Positions 56,922 through 64,000 of a stretch of DNA of 64,000 bases are shown here, one piece after another. A model generated the notes under the pieces. That model ran no database searches. It saw only the letters and a list, made by a program, of their open reading frames with translations, and was not told the origin of the DNA. Source of the DNA: Diplonema japonicum (lineage: Eukaryota > Protista > Euglenozoa: Diplonemea). The stretch lies in the NCBI GenBank assembly GCA_964019335.1, contig OZ025658.1, positions 62,001-126,000 of the forward strand. The letters run 5' to 3'. A program made the translations under genes and the position numbers. Each line of letters begins with the position of its first letter. Position 1 is the first letter of the stretch.

Positions 56922-58491
56922 CCTTTTCCTTCCCACTCCTTCTCTGGTTCCTACATACCTCTTCATCGTCATCTGATAAGTCCATGTCAACCTGTTCAAA
57001 GGAAGTTGAGGCTTTCTCCTTCTTACCGCTTGGTTTCTTTGCCTTGCCCTTCGTCGCGCTAACCTCGACCATCTCGTCACCACTGTCATCGTCATCTGCC
57101 TTGGCGGCAACAACCTTTACCTTCTTCTTCTTCGCCACTTTTTTTTCCAATGGTTTCTTAGCCTCAACCACTACCTTCGGTGCCTGTACCTCCATTTCTT
57201 CTGCCTCGGAATCAGAGACGATTTCCTCATCGTCATCATCAGCGTCCCCGTTGCTTTGTTTTATGGTCTTTTGCAGAATGCGTTTCTTTGAGTCGTTCCG
57301 GACCCGGCTCTCGTCAGAGGAGCGTTTTCTCTTGGCGTTGGGGTCTTTCTCTGTTGTTGTATTCTCGACCTTCTTCTTCTTCACGGCGAGGAACGCTCCT
57401 TCGAGCTTGGGCTCCACCAATACAAACGTGTTCCTCACAGCTTTCCGGGTCTCCTTGCGCTCTGGTTCCTCATCTTGCGGCTGTTCAACCTGCTTATCCT
57501 TGTTGTCATCAAGCTCCACGGTGACATGTGTCCCCCTTTCAATTGCAATCGTGGTGTTGTTCATGAGAACCGCCTTTGATGCCGATTCCGGACGGTCGAA
57601 TTTTATAACAGCAACGCCTGTTGATGCACCGGTTACCTTGTTTCGTAGGAGCTGGACGTGGGTGACCCTTCCGCAGTGCGAGAAGACGGATCGGATGTCT
57701 TGCGTGCGGGTGGTGTCGGGGAGGATCCCGACGAGGACCTTGTTGCAGGTTGTGTTGCGAGGGGCGGGTTTTTGCTTGGGTTTTTCTTCTTCTTCTTCTT
57801 CTTGCACCGGTTCTTCTTCCTCTTCTTCTTCGAGCTTTTCCTCTTTGTACGCTTCATATGAAGGTGGGACGACAGGTCCGCCTGATTTCATGACACCAGG
57901 AGCTTGTGCGGGTATCGCAACGAGTTCCATCCCCAACAGAGGGTAGCCGTTCAATGCTGTACAGAAGTTTTCCACATCTTTCTTTGATGTTAGTGTGACG
58001 AAGCAGGAGTTTCTGTTTCCGGTCATCATTTTGATTCGTTGTATTTTGTCCGTTAGCGATGGGGCGGTGTCGGACACTACGTTTTTGATGATTTCAGGGT
58101 TCACGGGTTTTGCAAGGTGCGACAAGTAAACCTGCAGTTCGGGGTCGGCGCTCTCGTGTTTTGATTTGTAAGGTTCCTTCCTTTTCACGGGCTGGCCTTC
58201 GCCTCCAACGATGCCCTTTGGGACTTCAATTCGAAGCCGTTTTCCTTTGAACTCCACGTTGTTCTTCGCCAACGCCAACCGCACGCTGTTAGGTTTTTTA
58301 AACGTGAAGTACCCGTTGGTCTTCCCGTTCTTCTTCAGCATCTTGGTGATGTTTCCGCAGTTTAGAAACCTCTCTAACTCCCCTTGCAGCCCCTCGTTCT
58401 GCCTCGGCAGGTAATCTACGTAAACCTTTGTCAACCCGAACGGCGTCTCCGGTAGCCTTGATCCCTTCGGGGTGGGGGTTTCATTCTCCAT
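56779..58491 (-). CDS. Multi-RRM (about 3) RNA-binding protein with acidic/basic tail, probably nucleolar
   Basis: RNP-like motifs KVYVDYLP/GYFTF, VYLSHL/CFVTL, VLVGILP/GVAVIKF. Start MENETP at 58491. Possible in-frame 66-nt intron at 56893-56958. Confidence 0.82.
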
Positions 58492-59619
58492 TTTTTTTTT
58501 AAACTCTCTTTTCCTATTCCCCCATAAATAAATAAGCGAACAAATAAAAAAAGGGAAGAGTACAAAGAAAGAGTATGGGGAGGGGATCTTTTTTTTGAGA
58601 AGGGTGAGATAGAGAAGAGCAGTGGGGGGAGGGAGGAGGGCAAAAAGTTGAATGCAATATTGCGGGGAGGGGGGGGGATATTTTGGAAGCAAATAAATTT
58701 CACCTTTTTTATATCTCTGAAAGCGTATCTGGTACAATAAAAGAAAACATGTTCCACCCAAAGATATATTTTCTTTTTTTTCTTTTTCTTCTTAAATCTT
58801 TGTTTTTTTTTAATATACAAATCTTTTGATCAAAAACAACCTATGACCCACGTCTTTAGAGATATACATAGTACTTGGGGGGGGGGGGGGGGGGACCTTG
58901 ATGATACTCCTTAACAAGAATCGTAAGAGTAACTACAAAATACTGAATGGAGCAAATGGAAAGAAGAAAAAAAAAAGGGAGGGATGAAGCAAACATTGTG
59001 TAAAGATCTCAAAGGGAACCGGCCCATTTGTTCTTTTTCACAATTTTTCTTTTTTTTTTTCTTCTTCTTCTCCTCCTCTTTCATAGAAAAAAAAAAGAGA
59101 AACCACACCTAAAAAAAACACCCCCCCACGATTCTGATTCTTTACTATTTTCTTTGTTGCCGATTACTCCGGTGAGAAAGAAGGGGGGAAAAAAAAAATA
59201 GAAGGGGGGAAAAAATGATAAAAAGAATATTAAAAAAAAGAGCATCCATACATTTTGAAGCTCCCTTTTTTTCCCCATTCTTCTTCTTCTTCTTTTTTTC
59301 CCCATTTTTTTTGTTTTGTTTTGTTTGTTTTGTTGTTTGTTGCTGTTTTGCCAGACGCAACTGCATCATGGGAAACCTTTTTTTTTTTTTTTTTTTTTTT
59401 CATAAAAAATCTTTTTTGAGGGGTTTTGTTTGAAAAAGAAATAGAGAGAACAAAAATGAGAATTGAACAAAAAAAAGGGGGGAGGGGGAAAAAGAAAAAC
59501 TTGATTTTAAGTCAAGGTGGACACAAGTCAGCAGCAACACATGTGGAGTGAGTTTCTAATCTGTGTGGCAGTCACTTCTCAAACCGACGCGCCATAGCTC
59601 CCGTTTTTTCGCGGTAGGG

Positions 59620-60250
59620 ATATGGCTACGCCCAATCAGCTTTTCTTGAAAAGAAAATGGTAAACACCCCCCCCTCTTTTTTCTTCTTCTTTCTTTCTTT
59701 TATTTATTTATTTATTTGTGTTCTCCCCCCTTTTTTTTTTGTTTCTTCTTTTTTTTTTTTTTTTGCTTCCTTCAATTCACTATGATGATAGGGAGAAAGC
59801 GTCAGCCAACCATCAGGAGAAAAAAAAAAATCCAATAAATAAAACAAAAAGTAGGCTGCCAAGAATATGAATTTTTTTCTGTACGGCTCATCTTTATGTT
59901 ACTTCCCCGTGATAGAGTAGGGTCTATGGCCCCCCGCCATTCTTCCCAGAAACAGTCAGAAGTTTCTTTTTTTTTTTTTTGTTTGTATATCTCCTACTTT
60001 CTCGCAAAAAAAAAAAAAAAAAAAACAAAAAAAAAATTGGCGCTTTATTTGTTTGTGCGCACAAGCGGGAAAAGAAGGAGAAATGATGCGGTACTTGTAA
60101 AAGAAGCCGGCTTCTCCTCCTTCCCCCCTTTGCGAATTTCTTCTTCTTTTTTTTTTTTTCCCCTCCTGGAAAAAAAAAAACTCACAGTAACATGCAAACT
60201 CCTAAAGCGAAAGCCGCATGCCCTAAAAAGGAAGGGGGTATGGCCAGTAC
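59620..60250 (+). pseudogene. Possible LINE RT fossil (antisense to the gene cluster)
   Basis: WLRPISF at 59623 and CPKKEGGMA at 60219 resemble the RT motifs RPISL and LPxxxGGLG. Spacing is shorter than expected. Confidence 0.22.
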
Positions 60251-60596
60251 TAGGTGTCTCTCAGTTTCGATCTAATCTTGCGACTCCTCCAAGTGCTGAT
60301 CTCTTCAGGCAAGTAGCACCCTTCATTGGCTCCCACTAGCGGCCCAGCAGGTATGGAGAGTACTTTTCCCGACCACACAAAAAAACAAAAAAAAACAATA
60401 CATGAGCTATGTGTGAGACGTTCCCTTGTTCTCATTCTTGCATCTATCCCCCTTTTCGCAATAATCAGCAAGTAAAGCTTTTTTAAACTCTTCATCTCTT
60501 CATAATCTAACTTCATTCCAGATGATACTTTTTAAACTTGACCGGGAATCGGTGGACCCCCCGATTTCTTTTTCAGCTCGGTTCGAATGGGAGGTG

Positions 60597-60636
<40 letters not shown>

Positions 60637-61373
60637 AAATTTGATGCCTAAATTGTGACCTCTTTCCCAACATTTGACTTTTCCCATTAGGGATACTGAA
60701 TGAGGTAAGCAAGTAAAATCGAGGAGAGTAAAAAAATAAAACCACCTTATTCATGTGTCACTCTTTTGAAAAAAAAGAGGCCTTCGGCCTCGTCTCTTGT
60801 GAACTTTTTCTGTTTTCACTCGAGTGACAGAAAAATTCATAAATTCGTTGTGAATAAGTAGCATTTTTTTTTTTTTTTTTTTTTTTTACTTTCCGCATTT
60901 TTTAAAAAAAAAGATTTCTGTACTGTAAAGGAAGCAAGGTGCTTCCCGCGCCCTAGTCTGCCATCACGATGCTGGGTATAAAAAAAAAACTTCAGAAGTC
61001 AATAAGGGTTAAAATCGCCATCACTGGCCACCCCTTGCCTTCCTCTGTTAACCCGTGCTATTAATGGTATTCATAAGGGCATAAGTACAGCACCATCTCA
61101 CTTTGACTCGCTTATGGGGGAGGAATCGTCACAGACCTGAGACCTAGGCCCAAAGACCTTGGTCTTGCTGCCCCCCAAAACACATAATAAAAAAAAAAAA
61201 ATAAATAAATAAAAAGGGAATGTGAATAAAAATGGTGATTTCTTTGTTCGCCATACTGTTTCTTTTTGTAGAAAACATGAAAAAAAAACAGATTTTCTTC
61301 TTTCTTCTTCTTTTTCTCTGGTCTATCAGGATCAAATTAAATTCGATAGAAAGTTTCAGTGACACTACTCAGA

Positions 61374-61475
61374 CACCGTTTTGTGGGTGCTGCCTGGTGC
61401 CTGTGGTGGCTGCTCGCGTGGAGATGGACGGCATCTGGGCGAGAAACATAACATGGAGTGCTAGGTGCTAGGGGT
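61374..61475 (-). mobile_element. 3'-end fragment of sister LINE family (degenerate)
   Basis: Shares GAGATGGACGGCATCTGGGCGAGAAACAT..ACATGGAGT..GCTAGGT with 6262-6375. Confidence 0.7.
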
Positions 61476-61851
61476 ACGGTTTGAAAAAAAAAAAAAAAAT
61501 TGGAAAAATAATGGGGGAGAGAGAAAAAGAAAATCATAATACTACCTACTTCAGTACCTTCACCTCAGAGTGAAAGAAGGACCGAGTCCACACCCCGCAG
61601 AGTCGACCTTCAAACAATAAAAAAAAAACAAAAAAAAAAACCGGCATCCTTTCATAGCCAACAAATATTTCTTTCGTTATTATAATAACGACAATAATAA
61701 TTTAAAAAATAAAAATAAAATATAAAAAAAAAAGGTTATTCCCGTGTTTTTTTGGGAACGTTCCTTGTATCTACTTATCCATCCATATTTTTCCAAGAAG
61801 AAGAACAATAAAAAAAAAACAAAGAAATATTATTTATATGGTACAAGAATA

Positions 61852-62751
61852 TCACGCAATGCAACAGCAATTGATGGCTGACTTCGCACCGCGTGTTTTC
61901 AGCAATTTTGCGACCTCGGGGTGCCCGTTGGCAGAGGCAAGGGAGAGGGCGGTAATACTATTGGAAGCGATAGTAATATCAGCATTGGAGTCAAGGAGGA
62001 GACGGCAAACCTCAAGATGCCCACAGGACGCAGCCAACATAAGCGCTGTATACCCATGAGTAGACCGCATATTTATGTCAGCACTGTGACTAACCAAACA
62101 CCGGCAAGTATTATACCTCCCCAACGAAGCAGCGTGCATCAAGGGGGACTTCCCTTCTGAAAGCGTGTTTGGACTGCTTCCTGCATCTAATAAAAACCCG
62201 CAGATTTGATCAAATCCGTTCCAAGCTGCGATCGACAGTGCTGTCCACCCGCACCGGGATCCGATATCTATGTCCGCGCCTGCTGAGACCAGAACTTCGA
62301 TGACGGGGAGTGCTGCTGATTCCGCAGCAATGTGCAAAGCTGTTTTTCTGTTCGACCCCCGTGTTATGTCTAGATTCACGCCCACGGTGATCAACAGTTT
62401 CAGCAACCGCGTGTTCCCCTCAAAAACGGCTATCCAGTATTGTCTTTGCCATTCTGCTGGTGCGATTCCCATTTTTCGGAGTTCTGTCAAGGCCATCTCC
62501 CTCCCCGACAGGCACACGTCCACCGTGTCCTCGGCCACAAGGTTTAAGACCGCTGCGTCCAAGTTTTCGTCGATGAGCTCCTCGCCGTGCAGCCACAGGC
62601 ACTGCTTGCCCTGTTCGATGCCTGTCGCCTTTTCGACGGCTTCCTTCAAGTCCACCACCTTGTCATCGACCCCAACCTCAATTGTGGTCAGTGACCCGTC
62701 GGCCGTCCGGGCAAAAACTTGCATACGACCATCATGCCGTTCAACAGTCAT
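61852..62751 (-). CDS. Ubiquitin-like domain + ankyrin repeats + C-terminal CaaX
   Basis: MQVFARTADG..TIEV...DLKEAVEKATGI..QCL; ankyrin motifs TALHIAA, TALSIAA, SPLMHAA, TALMLAA; ends CCCIA. Confidence 0.88.
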   Translation of the reverse strand: MTVERHDGRMQVFARTADGSLTTIEVGVDDKVVDLKEAVEKATGIEQGKQCLWLHGEELIDENLDAAVLNLVAEDTVDVCLSGREMALTELRKMGIAPAEWQRQYWIAVFEGNTRLLKLLITVGVNLDITRGSNRKTALHIAAESAALPVIEVLVSAGADIDIGSRCGWTALSIAAWNGFDQICGFLLDAGSSPNTLSEGKSPLMHAASLGRYNTCRCLVSHSADINMRSTHGYTALMLAASCGHLEVCRLLLDSNADITIASNSITALSLASANGHPEVAKLLKTRGAKSAINCCCIA

Positions 62752-62856
62752 GTGTAGATGATCCTTGGGGGGGGGGGGGGGGGGGGGGTAGGTGGCAGAG
62801 TTAAAAAAGAAAAAGGAAGTCGAAAAAAAAAAGGAAAGATTTTTTTTTTTTTCTCT

Positions 62857-63889
62857 TTATACGGCCACCAACCGCAACTCTGAATCACTCTCATAATCGT
62901 CTCTCTGCTTCACTCCGGTCGGGTTTGTGACAAATGCCTCTTCGCCGAAAATCTGTGGAGGGGTTTTCTTTTTCCCAAAAAAGTTTTGGAAACACACACA
63001 CCGTTCTAAACGAATGCCCATTCATGTGCAAAGGCGCGACGCTCGGCATCAGCATCATCCAGATTTGGGGGTAGTTACCGTAAGTCTGCTGCAGGTTGGG
63101 AAGCCAGCCGAGGTCGAAGGGCGGACTCCAGGAACGTCCTGCTGTGCTTGCGTCCGCCGCCGACTGGCAGTTCCCGTAGAACTCGATCACCGTTTGATTG
63201 GTGAGTATGAGGTAACCGTTCCAAACCACAAACAACGTGATCATAACGAAGAGGACACCACACAACATGAGCTCAAGGAGCACCGTCTTCTCCAACGCCA
63301 GTAGCTTTTCCGGGTGGACTGGCCTCAGCTTCCCTAACCAGTACAGACTAAGGAAGGTGGTGATCTGTGCAGTCGCACACCATATGTACAAAAGCATGTT
63401 GAAAAAATACCGTTGATTATAGTGCCCTACACAGTTGTTGATCCAAGGGCAGTGGTGGTCCATCTTCAAGACACACCCCCCGCAGAAATGGCAATGGTGT
63501 GCTCTTGGAGGTTTCCACTTCCAGCAGGTCTTGCAGAACCTGGCCCACATTTCCCCGTGTTTCTTCTTCAGATCGGTTTCCTTCGGTTCTATAGGTGGAA
63601 GGTGCTCGTCGCAAGGCTCTCCAGGAGGGGTTACCGAAGCATGATAATGGTTGAAAAGACAGTTGAAGCTCAGCCAGCACCCCATCATAAACTGCATTCT
63701 TCCTTCAAGGCTGTCGATATCTAACAAGCAGGGTAGCAACACGCCCACCCAAGTGTAGGCAAGGAACATAATCAACGCGGTTGCGAGGCCCACACACCCG
63801 ACACCTATGGCCCACATAACCGCGGTGCCCCCCGTCAGGAGCACGGTGTAGAGCTTCAGCTGCAACCTTTTCATTGTTGTTGTTTGCAT
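62857..63889 (-). CDS. DHHC palmitoyl acyltransferase
   Basis: [39 protein letters not shown] helices, NQTVIE. Probable 49-nt intron at 62953-63001 gives the end IFGEE...LVAV*. Start 63889. Confidence 0.92.
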
Positions 63890-64000
63890 TTTTGCATTCT
63901 CTATTTTTTTTTTTCTTTTTTCTTTTTTTTTTAGATCTTTTACTTTGTTCCCTTTGGGGGGTTTCTTTTTATATTGTGTGCACCCCTTGCCCCAATGCAC

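Overview
Eukaryotic genomic DNA, most likely from a euglenozoan such as a diplonemid (inference). All 15 recognisable host genes lie on the minus strand with short spacers, as in a polycistronic cluster. Unlike trypanosomatid genes, several carry tiny GT-AG introns (34-81 nt) that the ORF track misses. Host genes: LMBRD2-like, TPR/coiled-coil, Cof-type HAD, WD40, flavin reductase-like, Asteroid/PIN, a RING-IBR plus MYCBP2-type RING-Cys-relay E3 ligase, dynein light chain LC8, two giant PAN/Apple-repeat type I membrane proteins (3514 aa and ~4322 aa after splicing), a Tudor-like hypothetical, RPL18A, an RRM protein, a ubiquitin-like/ankyrin/CaaX protein and a DHHC palmitoyltransferase. Mobile DNA is abundant: an apparently intact ~6.1 kb two-ORF APE-RT LINE with a 2A-like motif and no poly(A) tail, four 3'-end fragments of a sister LINE family, a decayed piggyBac, a piggyBac-type MITE, an internally deleted MULE, another TIR element and probable LINE fossils. 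The most interesting items are the LINE's ORF1/-1 frame/2A expression design, the compact RING-IBR/RCR hybrid ligase and the pair of giant PAN adhesins. All assignments come from reading motifs by eye; no database search was run.
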